Source: a virus
Reading direction: 5' to 3' (one strand)
Virus record (IMG/VR): IMGVR_UViG_3300043411_001170
Coordinates: 64,001-128,000 of that record
DNA length: 64,000 nucleotides
Shown here: positions 19,333 to 29,481 of the stretch, in pieces
How positions within the stretch are numbered: the stretch's first letter is position 1
Layout of the letters: the number at the start of each line of letters is the position of its first letter
Notes under the pieces: generated by a model
Seen by the model: only the letters and a program-made list of their open reading frames with translations
Database searches by the model: none
What the model was told of the DNA's origin: nothing
Translations under genes and position numbers: made by a program

Positions 19333-20094
19333 ATGCCAACTATAAAGACAACAACGAAGAATTTTAATGAATTACTTAAAGAAATACCAGATACGGCTAA
19401 AAGAATAAAAGTTATAGATGTATTTGGAAATGAGGTATGGAAGAAGCCCGTTGATTTAATGCCTACAGATAAGATAAATCTAGACGGTCAAGTAGTATTT
19501 ACAGAATTTGATAGGGCAGAAGAAGCGAAGAAAAAAGCTGCTGAAGCTAAAAAAGTCAAGGATGAGCCTAAGCCTGTAGAACCTTCTAAATCTTCATCTA
19601 AAACAGATGAAGAAAGTGAAGAGGTAAAGAAAATAAAAGATAAGATCAGTAGAAAAAAGAAATATATTCAGGAAGATAAACTTTATCAGATCATAAAGAA
19701 AAATCCAGATTCATTAGAAACTCTTCAGAATATTATGTTAGCATTTTCTGAAGAACAGTCATCCATAGACTTTGAGAAGAATTATTTAGAGGAGCAAGGG
19801 ATCTCTGCATCAAAATTAGCGATGCAGAGAGTACGTATTTTACAGGCATTAGGTGAAACTTGGTTAAGCCATAAAGAGCTACTACTTCAAGAAAAGACTG
19901 GAATAGTAGACTTAAATAGTGACTCTTTTGGTAGATTATTTAAATTTATTGGTGAGACTTTTACAGATGTCATGTTGGAATGTGGTGTAGATCCACAAAC
20001 TATTAAGATGATCACTGTAAAGACATCTAAACAAATCGATGAAACTTGGAAATCAAAAGCACTTCGTAAAATGCTTGGTGAAGATAATAATTAA
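19333..20094 (+). CDS. Helical protein, candidate terminase small subunit
   Basis: Immediately upstream of TerL; assignment is by position only. Confidence 0.4.
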   Translation: MPTIKTTTKNFNELLKEIPDTAKRIKVIDVFGNEVWKKPVDLMPTDKINLDGQVVFTEFDRAEEAKKKAAEAKKVKDEPKPVEPSKSSSKTDEESEEVKKIKDKISRKKKYIQEDKLYQIIKKNPDSLETLQNIMLAFSEEQSSIDFEKNYLEEQGISASKLAMQRVRILQALGETWLSHKELLLQEKTGIVDLNSDSFGRLFKFIGETFTDVMLECGVDPQTIKMITVKTSKQIDETWKSKALRKMLGEDNN

Positions 20095-20129
20095 CATATG
20101 TATTTATAAAGTGCTAAAAAGGTTAAAAT

Positions 20130-21938
20130 ATGGCTGTAGATTTATCGAATATAATGCTCAACATTGGTAGAGCAAGTAAATTTCAAACACAACGATATAC
20201 TATAATTGACTATATAGAGTCTGCTTGGGGTTTAGGCCGTACATTATTCCCTGTACAAAAAGCGATATTAAAAGCTTTTTATGGTCTTCCCTTGGAAAAA
20301 GTACAAAAGAATATACAAATCAGAACGTGGAGAGGGGAAGTAATAAGAAATGTAACTGAGATTGATTATTTTAAAATGCTCTATGACGAGAGAAGATGTA
20401 ATATAGAACATTTTGAGGAAGGAAAAGAAAGAAATCGTTTGATTCTGTCCATTGGTAGACGTTCAGGTAAGTCTACAATGGCATCTTGCATCATGTCTTA
20501 TTCAGTGGACTATTTGTTGGGATTAGAAAATCCACAAAAATATTATGGATTGACAGATTCAAACGTTATTAAAGTTACAGCTGTTGCTACAGATAAAGAT
20601 CAAGCTGCCATTCTATTTAAAGAAGCATCAGCCCACTTTGAATCCTGTCAGAGTTTTAGACCTTTTATAGCAAATGCTACTCAGAGCTTTGTTAACTTCC
20701 AAAGTCCAGAAGATATTAGGAAGTATGGATCTTATCAAGAAAATGGCGTAGGAAAGTCAACAATAGAAATCACTTTTAAATCCGCTGTTGCAAAGGGTTT
20801 ACGTGGATCTGGTAACTTCGTTGTTGTATTAGATGAGATCGCACACTTTTCTGATAATTCAGGAACAGCATCTGGTCAAGCGGTTTATGAAGCCGTCAGC
20901 TTTTCTCAAGCTGCTTTCACACCAAAAGTAGGTATAGAAGCAACTGGAGAACCTGAATATAAGATGGTTATGATTTCTTCTCCGTTAGGAAGAACGGGAT
21001 TTTTCTTTGAACAATTTACATCAGGTTTCTCTGACGAATTTAAAAATGATACTTTATGTATTCAAGCACCTACTTGGGAAGTAAACCCTTCTGTTCCTAC
21101 AACCTTCTTGGTTCAGAAATATAAAGAAGATCCCGTAGTCTTTATGACAGAATGCGGTGCTATATTTACAGATAAGACCCGTGGATTTATCTCAGACGAT
21201 AAAGATCTCCATTTATGTATTGATGCAGCATTAAGACCTACATTTATGGGAAATGCAAGAAGAACTTATTTTTGTGGTATTGACTTAGCATTACAGAAAG
21301 ACCCTTCAGCTATTTGTATCGGGCATCTTGAAGACGATCTTATTGTTGTTGACTTAGTAGAGAGTATCAAAGCAGGTGAAGGGGAATACGTAGATTTAGA
21401 TAGATTGGAAGTAGATATAGTTGCTGATTGGGTTAAAGGAATATTAAAAAAATTCAGATTAAAGAAAGGTGTATTTGACTCTCACATGGGGCCTCCGTTT
21501 GAAAAGGCTTTACATGATAGAGGACTGAGAGATTTGGAATGTAAACACTCTACACAAGCTTGGAACTCAGAAGTTTATAAGACATTTAAGCAGATGCTAT
21601 TAGCTCGTAAGATTAAATTTTATAATTATCCCTTAAATGGACCACAAGAATTTTGTGACTATTTAACAGAAATAAAAGAACTACAAGAGACAAGAGTTTC
21701 TGAAAACGTAATTAAAGTAAGAGCACCTGAAATGCGTGGGAAACATGATGACCGTGCAGACGCTGTTGCTCGTATGGTATGGGTAGCATCCGAATTTTAT
21801 AAAGATGGAAATTTTACTTCAGGATTAACATCAGGAAACGACGCAAGAGTAGATAGAGGACTAGCCAATTACAGAAGGGGGGTAACTGGATTTGGAAGCT
21901 CTCCACTAAGACAAGTAAAGAAACCTTCCAGAAGGTAA
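20130..21938 (+). CDS. terL: Terminase large subunit
   Basis: LFPVQ, Walker A IGRRSGKS, Walker B VVLDEIAH, ISSP coupling motif, RNase H-like GIDLA and HDDRAD. Confidence 0.93.
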   Translation: MAVDLSNIMLNIGRASKFQTQRYTIIDYIESAWGLGRTLFPVQKAILKAFYGLPLEKVQKNIQIRTWRGEVIRNVTEIDYFKMLYDERRCNIEHFEEGKERNRLILSIGRRSGKSTMASCIMSYSVDYLLGLENPQKYYGLTDSNVIKVTAVATDKDQAAILFKEASAHFESCQSFRPFIANATQSFVNFQSPEDIRKYGSYQENGVGKSTIEITFKSAVAKGLRGSGNFVVVLDEIAHFSDNSGTASGQAVYEAVSFSQAAFTPKVGIEATGEPEYKMVMISSPLGRTGFFFEQFTSGFSDEFKNDTLCIQAPTWEVNPSVPTTFLVQKYKEDPVVFMTECGAIFTDKTRGFISDDKDLHLCIDAALRPTFMGNARRTYFCGIDLALQKDPSAICIGHLEDDLIVVDLVESIKAGEGEYVDLDRLEVDIVADWVKGILKKFRLKKGVFDSHMGPPFEKALHDRGLRDLECKHSTQAWNSEVYKTFKQMLLARKIKFYNYPLNGPQEFCDYLTEIKELQETRVSENVIKVRAPEMRGKHDDRADAVARMVWVASEFYKDGNFTSGLTSGNDARVDRGLANYRRGVTGFGSSPLRQVKKPSRR

Positions 21939-21941
21939 AAA

Positions 21942-22196
21942 ATGTTAGATAATATTCGATCAGACTATATTATAATGTTAAAAATGATACGCTCCTCTTG
22001 CCCTAAACTTAAAGCAACTGACAAAGAACTCAATGGTCTTAGTGAGTTGTTCATGAGATTAGGAGGTTCTTGGGTACGTGTTTTTAATGGATCTAACGAA
22101 GATTTATACTATTTGCGAAAATTAATCAAAAACTATAGTAAAGTAAAGGGAGCTTTTATTAAAGGCATTCGCAAAAAAAGAAGATCCAGGATTTAA
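21942..22196 (+). CDS. Hypothetical basic protein
   Basis: 84-aa ORF between TerL and portal. Confidence 0.6.
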   Translation: MLDNIRSDYIIMLKMIRSSCPKLKATDKELNGLSELFMRLGGSWVRVFNGSNEDLYYLRKLIKNYSKVKGAFIKGIRKKRRSRI

Positions 22197-22218
22197 TGAT
22201 ATTTTATAAGGTTTATAT

Positions 22219-22686
22219 ATGGCCATAGGAAAAATAGAAAAAGTAGCTAAAACATTAGGTATTCGTGGTTTTATAAGACCTAAAAATATTAAAGTTTTGG
22301 ACGAGACTCAGTTATCCTTTTTTGATTCTTGTGTAAGACAATTAAAAGAATTAAATGCTCAGGTACTTATTAAAATAAGATCGTTAGACAACTATACAAG
22401 AGATAAAAAGTACGAAGTATTAAGAAAAATAAATAAATTTGAAAATATTTTCCGTGGTGTCCGTAGTTATGTAGAGCATTATAATAATGTAGAAAGTTCG
22501 CTAGAAGTTGTAAAGTCTATTAGTGCAAATTTTACAGAAATCTATAATTTATTAGAACAGTCTAAAAAGAAATTACTAGATATCCAGAAAACAGATATTA
22601 TACTTTATAAGAAAATTGAAAAAGACATAGAAATTTTAAATAAAATAATTAAAGATACTAAAAAAATTGATGGTGAGGAGCGTTAA
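22219..22686 (+). CDS. Hypothetical coiled-coil protein
   Basis: 155 aa, helical; N-terminal KVAK. Confidence 0.6.
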   Translation: MAIGKIEKVAKTLGIRGFIRPKNIKVLDETQLSFFDSCVRQLKELNAQVLIKIRSLDNYTRDKKYEVLRKINKFENIFRGVRSYVEHYNNVESSLEVVKSISANFTEIYNLLEQSKKKLLDIQKTDIILYKKIEKDIEILNKIIKDTKKIDGEER

Positions 22687-22688
22687 TT

Positions 22689-24494
22689 ATGACAGTTTTA
22701 CCTACAGGAACAGCGGGAGAAAGCAAGGTAGTTGCAACTATTAACGGTATAAGTAAAACTGCCAATACTAATGGTGTAGCTGGATCTGTTAGGGTAGGGA
22801 AGCCTGATAAAATATTAGAATCGAAGATGCATTCTAAATTTGCAACCATAGGAGCAGGTGGAGGAGGAAGTGGTTATGGTGGTATGTATGGTGCTGGATT
22901 CGGAAATTTATCAGGATCAGTGTCTTGGGGTAATGCAATTAATCCATATAGCCCAGAACTATCTACTGACTTTTTAGAATTACCAAACTCTCAGCAAGAA
23001 TTAAGAAATACTTGTAGATTTTTCTACGATAATGATGCCATTGTCGGACAAGCCATTGACTCCTTAACTGATATACCTCTCTTAAAGGTAAGAGTAGGGA
23101 TGCCAGAGGCTTTAAATGTAGAATTAGCGCGCAAAGCTATGAGATTTTGCGAGCGGTGGGTAAGATCCCAAAATTTATTAGAAAAATTAATTTGGATATT
23201 ACACGAAATTAACTTATTCGGTGAAGCTTTTATTTGGGTAGAAGATTCAGATAAAGAACTACCTCAAGATTTACTTTACGAAGAGATTGAAGAAATTCGT
23301 GAAAACGGTGAAAAAGTAACAATTAGGAATTTAAAGAATAACGCCAACGAGCTTCACGTTTCTTGGTTAAGAAAAAATTATAAGGGATGGACTAATCTTA
23401 CTGTATTACCTCCTCACCAAGTAAGAATGGAATCTTTTCCTTTTACGAGAAGAAGTCAGTTTGAATTTATTCCTGACTCAAAAGCAAGAAATGTAGTGTC
23501 ATTAGCTGAAAGCGGAGATACTTATGCCTCCAGAGTAGTTAATGATATGCCGAGAGAAATAGTAGAGTCCATAAGAAGTGGTAGGAACATACCTCTCAAT
23601 ACAGACCCTGATGCTGGGTCTTTCTGCTTTTATATGGCAAGAAAAAGAAGTGCCTATGCAGAAAGAGGAAAGTCAATAATCCAAAGAATTATTCGTCCTC
23701 TTACACATAGAGACAAATTAAGACAGGCTCAAGCATCTATTGCTTCAAGACATATGACTCCTATGCGTGTTATTCAAGCAGAAGGAGCAAGTGATGCTGA
23801 CTTAGATGTATTGAGAGAACACGTAGATCATGCTTTGTCTGATCCCGATTTTACAATTATTGTAAACTATGTAATAAATTGGGAGGAAATGAATTCAAAT
23901 GGAAGACTCCTAGATTTGGATTCTGAATATACGATGGCAGAAAGGCAGATGTACATTGGTCTGGGTGTTACTGAGTCTTTATTAAATGGAGAATCTTCTT
24001 ATCAAGAAAATAGTCTGTCCACACAATTATTATCTGCTAAATTTATGCATGTTCGGATGATGCTACAACACTTTGTAGAGCAGTATATCTTTCGTCCTAT
24101 GTGTGCTCGTATGGGATTTATTGAAGAAGATGAGGATGGACAAGAACATATTATCACACCAACACTTATGTTTAATCGTATGACTTGGAGAGATTCTCCT
24201 GATACAGCACAACAATTAATCACGTTATTTGAACGTGGTGCAGTAGATATTGACACCATACATGAATATTTCAATCTCGATACTCAAACAACGGTAGAGA
24301 GAATGAATAATAATATGTATACAATAAAAGATCCGTTCTTAGCTGAAGCATTGAGATCAATGGCATCTTCTATTGGATCTGTCATGGCCGAAAAGACAAA
24401 TGCTTTGGATAAATACTCTAAAGCAGCCCTATTGTCTATTCTTGCTGATAGCGTAGATCCACGATTTGCCCCACCACCGGGCGGCGGTCTATAA
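22689..24494 (+). CDS. Portal protein
   Basis: Between TerL and protease; RFFYDNDAIVGQAID, LFGEAF, RGKSII, LGVTESLL.G typical of portals. Confidence 0.8.
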   Translation: MTVLPTGTAGESKVVATINGISKTANTNGVAGSVRVGKPDKILESKMHSKFATIGAGGGGSGYGGMYGAGFGNLSGSVSWGNAINPYSPELSTDFLELPNSQQELRNTCRFFYDNDAIVGQAIDSLTDIPLLKVRVGMPEALNVELARKAMRFCERWVRSQNLLEKLIWILHEINLFGEAFIWVEDSDKELPQDLLYEEIEEIRENGEKVTIRNLKNNANELHVSWLRKNYKGWTNLTVLPPHQVRMESFPFTRRSQFEFIPDSKARNVVSLAESGDTYASRVVNDMPREIVESIRSGRNIPLNTDPDAGSFCFYMARKRSAYAERGKSIIQRIIRPLTHRDKLRQAQASIASRHMTPMRVIQAEGASDADLDVLREHVDHALSDPDFTIIVNYVINWEEMNSNGRLLDLDSEYTMAERQMYIGLGVTESLLNGESSYQENSLSTQLLSAKFMHVRMMLQHFVEQYIFRPMCARMGFIEEDEDGQEHIITPTLMFNRMTWRDSPDTAQQLITLFERGAVDIDTIHEYFNLDTQTTVERMNNNMYTIKDPFLAEALRSMASSIGSVMAEKTNALDKYSKAALLSILADSVDPRFAPPPGGGL

Positions 24495-24584
24495 AAATAA
24501 TGCGCTATTAGCTCTATAATACTTTAATATAGATACTATCTATTGTGAGATACCTTTATATTCAGCATCTAATGGTACTAAACT

Positions 24585-26012
24585 ATGATTATTAAAAGAG
24601 CTAGAGCGAAGGGGTTTTCGCCCGACGTACAAATAAAAAAATGGTCAGGAATCCCAAATGTAAAAACAGCTTCTGTTTCTACGAAGGATATTACTAGACA
24701 AGCCTCTGAGATTTTAAATGATTACTGTGATCCAGAGAATTATTTATTCTCGCACGTCACTGTAGTCTGTTCTGTAGATACTAATCCTATGGATGTTCAG
24801 ATTGGCCCCAATGTCGTAAATGAAGGGCTAGTTATAAATCGTAAGTATAAAGAATACGATATCCAAGCTAACTGTCAGAAATTTATAAATAATAATAAAG
24901 ATGCATGGGAACGAGATCTCCTATTACAATGCTATAAAACATTCGTTGGTGCCCATAATTTCTGCGAGCACCTGCAAATTGAAGAACAAAGCAAGGGTAA
25001 AATCGTAGATGCAGTAGCCAGAGATATCGGTGAAAGTGTTTATGTAGATATTTTAATTGCTACAGCGAAAAAACATACAGAACTTATTAAAGCTATCAAA
25101 GAAAGAAGAATTAATGCTGTCTCTATGGGATGCTCTGTATTAGAGACACAGTGTACAAAGTGTGGAAATACATCTCCTGATGAAGCCCATATGTGCCGAC
25201 ACATCACAATGATGAAAGGCCAGAAGTTTGAGGGTCCAGATGGAAAGGAGAGAATGATAGCTGAACTGTGTGGAAATAAGGCTATGGAGCCACATGGGGG
25301 AGTTAGATTTATAGAAGCATCTTGGGTAAAGGTTCCTGCATTTAAGGGTGCAGTTCTTCGTAATATTATAGATCTGTCAGAAATTAATGGAGACAGATTA
25401 AAGAAAGTAGCATCTGATTTAAAAATGTTGAAAAATCCGACATGGAATCCCGCAGATACTTCTAGAATTGTTAACTCATTAGTTTTGAATGGTATGATGA
25501 AATTAGCAGCAGCAGAGGATGAAGGTTTTTCACCTGCACAAACAGAAATTTCGGATGGTGAAGAAAATCCATTGGAATCATTAGAAAGAGAAATGATGAA
25601 GGTCGTTATTAAGAATGTAAAGTCAAAATTAATGGATGTTTTAAGTCCTCCAAAAGATACAAATTATTCTACTCTCGTCACTCCAATGGGGAGTAATAAT
25701 AATATCGTAAGAGTAGGATCTGAGATAGATGAATTAGAGTCATTGTATAATTCTGGATTATCAGCCATCACAAATTTATGCAAAACAAATAAATCTAGAA
25801 TCAGATACTCTAAAATCTACAATGACTATTTCGGAATACATATTCCAAAATGGATTTATGTTGCTTGTAATAAGCTGGGACCGTTAGTTCGTTATACAAG
25901 TCCTATGTCATATATCTCAGTATGCGAAAAAGTATTAAATAGGAGACTATCAATAGATGAAATTGATGCCCTGTTAAAAATATCGTCTATTCTTCGGGAA
26001 GACATCTATTAA
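24585..26012 (+). CDS. Prohead maturation protease (HK97/herpes-like fold) with inserted Zn-finger
   Basis: FCEH..SKGKIVDA, VSMGC..CTKCG..C.H, FIEASWVKVPAF. Confidence 0.8.
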   Translation: MIIKRARAKGFSPDVQIKKWSGIPNVKTASVSTKDITRQASEILNDYCDPENYLFSHVTVVCSVDTNPMDVQIGPNVVNEGLVINRKYKEYDIQANCQKFINNNKDAWERDLLLQCYKTFVGAHNFCEHLQIEEQSKGKIVDAVARDIGESVYVDILIATAKKHTELIKAIKERRINAVSMGCSVLETQCTKCGNTSPDEAHMCRHITMMKGQKFEGPDGKERMIAELCGNKAMEPHGGVRFIEASWVKVPAFKGAVLRNIIDLSEINGDRLKKVASDLKMLKNPTWNPADTSRIVNSLVLNGMMKLAAAEDEGFSPAQTEISDGEENPLESLEREMMKVVIKNVKSKLMDVLSPPKDTNYSTLVTPMGSNNNIVRVGSEIDELESLYNSGLSAITNLCKTNKSRIRYSKIYNDYFGIHIPKWIYVACNKLGPLVRYTSPMSYISVCEKVLNRRLSIDEIDALLKISSILREDIY

Positions 26013-26093
26013 TTTAATTAAGAGTTTAATATTTTGAGATTACTGAGGTCTACTTTTTAGTTTTATTACAAATTTCAGTTAGAGGTATACAAA

Positions 26094-27335
26094 ATGTCGA
26101 ATCCTAAGTTAGTCGCAATTCTAAAAAGAGCAGCTTTTTTGCACAAGGCTGCCAAGAGCATTTTAGGTGGTGATTCCGCAGAGAGAGATGAAGTTAAGGA
26201 TCTTGCTTATCGTCTATGGGAAGTTCCTAATGTTAAAATTGCATCTCTTGTAAAGAAAGCTTCTGAAATTAACGCAGAGGATTATGAAGATGAGGACGAA
26301 GATGAAGAAGCCTGTGGCTTGATGGCATCGGATGACGAGGATGAGGATTTCTTTGCCTCTGATGATGAAGATGATGACATGTTTGCAGGTGATGACAGTG
26401 AAGAGGATTGTGAAGATGATGAAGAAGACTGTGAGGACGATGAAGATACGGAAGCACTTGATGTTTATTCTATGCTAGACGAATTGGAAAATATGGATGA
26501 AGACGAACTATGTGCTTTATTGGAAGAAGAATTAGAGGCAGGTGATGACCGTTGTGCATCTGATGATGAAGATGAAGAGGATGATGAGGAAGAAGATAGT
26601 GAAGACGAAGAAGAGGAAGAAGACGAGGATGATAGTGAAGAAGATGAAGAGGAAGTAGATGAAGAGGAAGTAGATGAGGAAGAGGTTGACGAAGAAGATG
26701 AAGAAGATGAAAGCTCTAAAGAAGCATCTGAAGAAGAGATTTTCTCAAGAATTAGCTCTGATGACAGAGATATTTTATCTTTTATGGACCATGAAGATGT
26801 AGATGCTTTTGCAGAAGGTGAGCCTGATGAAGAGTTAGAACAGGCGTTAGCTTCTGGTTGTGGATCTAGAAATAAGAAAGCTTCCCAAGAAGATGATTTA
26901 TTTTTCGATGAAGAACAATTAGAAAAGGATATTACGTCATCCATTTCTAAGAAAGCTTCTCAAGAGACAGCAGAAAATCAATTCCACTTTGATAGTTCTT
27001 ATGAAGGTCAAGATTTCTATGGTGCTGAAAGTAACTCCATGATTGATGACTTTTTAAATGGGGATTTAGAAACAAAGATGGAAGTTCGTTCTGCAATTAA
27101 TAAATCAGCAAGTCAAAAAGATTATGTTGCCGAGTCTCCTATTACAATGGACGGTGTAGATGATCCTATGGCACCTATTGCTGTCACTGAAAGACCTCGT
27201 GTTAAGAAAGCTAGTGCAGGTGCAAAAAGTTTAGGAACTGTATTCTCTGGTTCGTCCGAACAAGAAGAAATTAAAATGTTAGAGAAACTATGGACCAAAA
27301 AACCTGATATTACCAAGCTAATCAATGGTGATTAA
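26094..27335 (+). CDS. Highly acidic putative scaffolding protein
   Basis: Long D/E tracts, repeated KKAS/KEAS/KSAS; lies between protease and capsid genes. Confidence 0.65.
   Translation: MSNPKLVAILKRAAFLHKAAKSILGGDSAERDEVKDLAYRLWEVPNVKIASLVKKASEINAEDYEDEDEDEEACGLMASDDEDEDFFASDDEDDDMFAGDDSEEDCEDDEEDCEDDEDTEALDVYSMLDELENMDEDELCALLEEELEAGDDRCASDDEDEEDDEEEDSEDEEEEEDEDDSEEDEEEVDEEEVDEEEVDEEDEEDESSKEASEEEIFSRISSDDRDILSFMDHEDVDAFAEGEPDEELEQALASGCGSRNKKASQEDDLFFDEEQLEKDITSSISKKASQETAENQFHFDSSYEGQDFYGAESNSMIDDFLNGDLETKMEVRSAINKSASQKDYVAESPITMDGVDDPMAPIAVTERPRVKKASAGAKSLGTVFSGSSEQEEIKMLEKLWTKKPDITKLINGD
26280..26712 (+). repeat. Low-complexity GAA/GAT repeats encoding ASDDEDE and EEEVD units
   Basis: e.g. 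gaagaggaagtagat tandem units at ~26646-26690. Confidence 0.75.
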
Positions 27336-27385
27336 TCGATATTAGGTGTAAAAATTAGGTTCTTAGGACATTATTAATAATTGAG

Positions 27386-27422
27386 AAAGGGAAGGCTAAA
27401 AACCTTCCCTTTTTTATTTTTT
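27386..27422 (+). terminator. Intrinsic terminator
   Basis: AAAGGGAAGG-ctaaaaa-CCTTCCCTTT plus T run. Confidence 0.85.
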
Positions 27423-27671
27423 ACACTTGGAAGCAAATATTTTTTGCAAAAACCCGAAAAAAGGCCATTTTTTCGTTTTATATTTTTTATAAAACATAAA
27501 CAATAGAAGATTCAGTTTTGTATTTTATAATATAAAACCAAAACAAGGATCAGGTCAATACTTTTTGAATAATAATATTAATTTGGTTCTACTGATTTTC
27601 TGCATAAACAATGGGCACGGGTTGCCTGGACAGTGTAGAAATGAAAGTTTTATCATATTAGAGGTTAAAAA

Positions 27672-28358
27672 ATGCCAGCACCAGGAAATGCAAGTGGTAA
27701 CTTCACCGAAGGCTCATCTGCCCTTCGCGTTCTCTATAAGGGAACAATCAATACTGCAAGTGCAACTTTAAGCACAGATGGTTTTACACAAACAAATCCT
27801 CCAGTCGTAACAACTACTTCCACCATCTCCCAAGCTGCGATGATGAATCGTAATCGTCTTGGTGTATTGGGTGGTTCGGTTTGCTTTGCTCGTCCTGATG
27901 CAGGAAACGGCTTAGTAGGCGGTCCAAAAGAAGGTGCATCTCCTGTGTATCTTCGTTCGGGTATCGTCCCCCTTGGTCTTTTCGTGAATGATGCAGTAGG
28001 CGTTCCCTACGAAAACCGTCCTGCGGTTGCATCAGGTCAAGCACCCTATACCTCTTCGATGGGTACATACGGTTCTCGTTTATACGAGACTCAAGTACTC
28101 GATGCAACAAACGTAGCTGGTCACTCAACTGGTGACGCTATTGTTTATGTTGCTGGTGTAGGCTTGATTGCTTCTCGTAACGGTTATTTGATGCCTCGTT
28201 TGATTCCAAACGGTGCCAACATGACCTCTCTCGACCAAGTTGAAACTGCTGCACAGTCTGCAAATCTTGCTGCTGCAAACAGTTCAACTGTGATCGGTAT
28301 CCTCAAACTTGTTGCTGACTCTGCATTTGCAGAAATCCTCTTGGACCAACGTATCTAA
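27672..28358 (+). CDS. Capsid decoration/minor capsid protein
   Basis: Directly before the MCP; PLGLFVNDA, VIGIL; biased, high-expression-type codon usage. Confidence 0.65.
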   Translation: MPAPGNASGNFTEGSSALRVLYKGTINTASATLSTDGFTQTNPPVVTTTSTISQAAMMNRNRLGVLGGSVCFARPDAGNGLVGGPKEGASPVYLRSGIVPLGLFVNDAVGVPYENRPAVASGQAPYTSSMGTYGSRLYETQVLDATNVAGHSTGDAIVYVAGVGLIASRNGYLMPRLIPNGANMTSLDQVETAAQSANLAAANSSTVIGILKLVADSAFAEILLDQRI

Positions 28359-28435
28359 TTAATTGTGATTAGAACATTTAACCAAGTAAACTAGTTATAA
28401 AGCAACTTAAAGAGATATAAGAGGTAAATATAGTC

Positions 28436-29317
28436 ATGGCACCAAATAATATCAGTACAGCATCAAAAGATCGTCTCCTCGGAGAATATCTTTACACTTC
28501 TCAGGGTCGTCAAAAAGTCGCTCAAAGCATGGGCACTTCTTTGCGTACCCAACGCGATTACACCTCCGTTGCACGTCGTGCCTTCTTAGTTGAGCAATTG
28601 CCTTCTGGTGCATTGCCCATCTACGACAAAGATCCCGATGTCACTGCCTATGTGGTTGGTGAAGAAGGCGATTCTATCGAAGCACGTGCCAAGAGCCGTC
28701 GTGTTCACTTCCCCATCTTTGAGATCGCAAGCGTTCCCGAAGTTTCGCTCTCTCAAGTACAAGAAAGACGTTATGACATCATCGAAAGATGCCAAACTCT
28801 TGCTGTAAGTGAGATCCAAGGAGCCGAAGACATTCGCGCTTTCGCAATCATGGACGCCATCGCCCTTCTTGGCTATGACTCCATTCCTGGTGGTGAAAAC
28901 CCCGACATCCCCGTCGTTGCACCTATTAACGTATCGGTTCTTGCTGATGCGTTCGGTCAAATTGGCCGCTTTGAATTGAACGTCACCAATATCTTTATCA
29001 ATCCTCGCGATTTTACAGATATTCGTAAGTTCGGTGAAGATTTCTTCTCTGACGAAATTCAGAGAGACATCGTTCGCTCTGGTCAAATCGGTAGCATCTG
29101 GGGTGCCAAGGTTATCCAATCCCGTAAGGTTCCTGAAGGTACTTGCTATCTTACTTGCGAACCTGAGTTCTTTGGTCGTATCCCCGTCCGTACTGAATTG
29201 ACAGTTATGGCCGCTGATACTCCTAAGTCCCGTATGGTTGGCTTCTCTTGCTTTGAAATGTTGGGAATCGGTGCTTACAACCCCCGTGGTTTAACCCGTA
29301 TCACCATCAGCCGCTAA
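28436..29317 (+). CDS. Major capsid protein (HK97 fold, encapsulin-like size)
   Basis: 293 aa; VEQLPSGALPIYDKD, FEIASVP, IFINPRDF.DIRK, GSIWGAKVIQS..VPEG; strong codon bias; GAGGT RBS; terminator follows. Confidence 0.85.
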   Translation: MAPNNISTASKDRLLGEYLYTSQGRQKVAQSMGTSLRTQRDYTSVARRAFLVEQLPSGALPIYDKDPDVTAYVVGEEGDSIEARAKSRRVHFPIFEIASVPEVSLSQVQERRYDIIERCQTLAVSEIQGAEDIRAFAIMDAIALLGYDSIPGGENPDIPVVAPINVSVLADAFGQIGRFELNVTNIFINPRDFTDIRKFGEDFFSDEIQRDIVRSGQIGSIWGAKVIQSRKVPEGTCYLTCEPEFFGRIPVRTELTVMAADTPKSRMVGFSCFEMLGIGAYNPRGLTRITISR

Positions 29318-29392
29318 TTCGTTGTAGCCTAGAATCTCAAGATTCTAGGATACTAAATCTAGCAGATAGATAGTCAAATACGAAGAGTTTAA

Positions 29393-29435
29393 AAAATACC
29401 GAAGATTCCGAAAGGATCTTCGGTATTTTATTTTT
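29393..29435 (+). terminator. Intrinsic terminator (with a separate hairpin at 29328-29349)
   Basis: AAAATACCGAAGATTCC-gaaa-GGATCTTCGGTATTTT; upstream CCTAGAATC-tcaa-GATTCTAGG. Confidence 0.85.
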
Positions 29436-29481
29436 GGCGTCCTGAAAAGGATATAAACCAAAAATAAAAGGGAACCATATT

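Noticed and set aside
26465-26944. Minus-strand poly-Ser ORF (also 12302-12766)
   Set aside because: Antisense shadow of GAA/GAT acidic tracts in + strand genes.
27565-27771. 68-aa TTG-start ORF overlapping the decoration gene
   Set aside because: No RBS; overlaps a well-supported gene and a structured leader.
28436-29317. Cellular encapsulin operon
   Set aside because: Terminase, portal, protease, scaffold and sheath context indicates a phage capsid.
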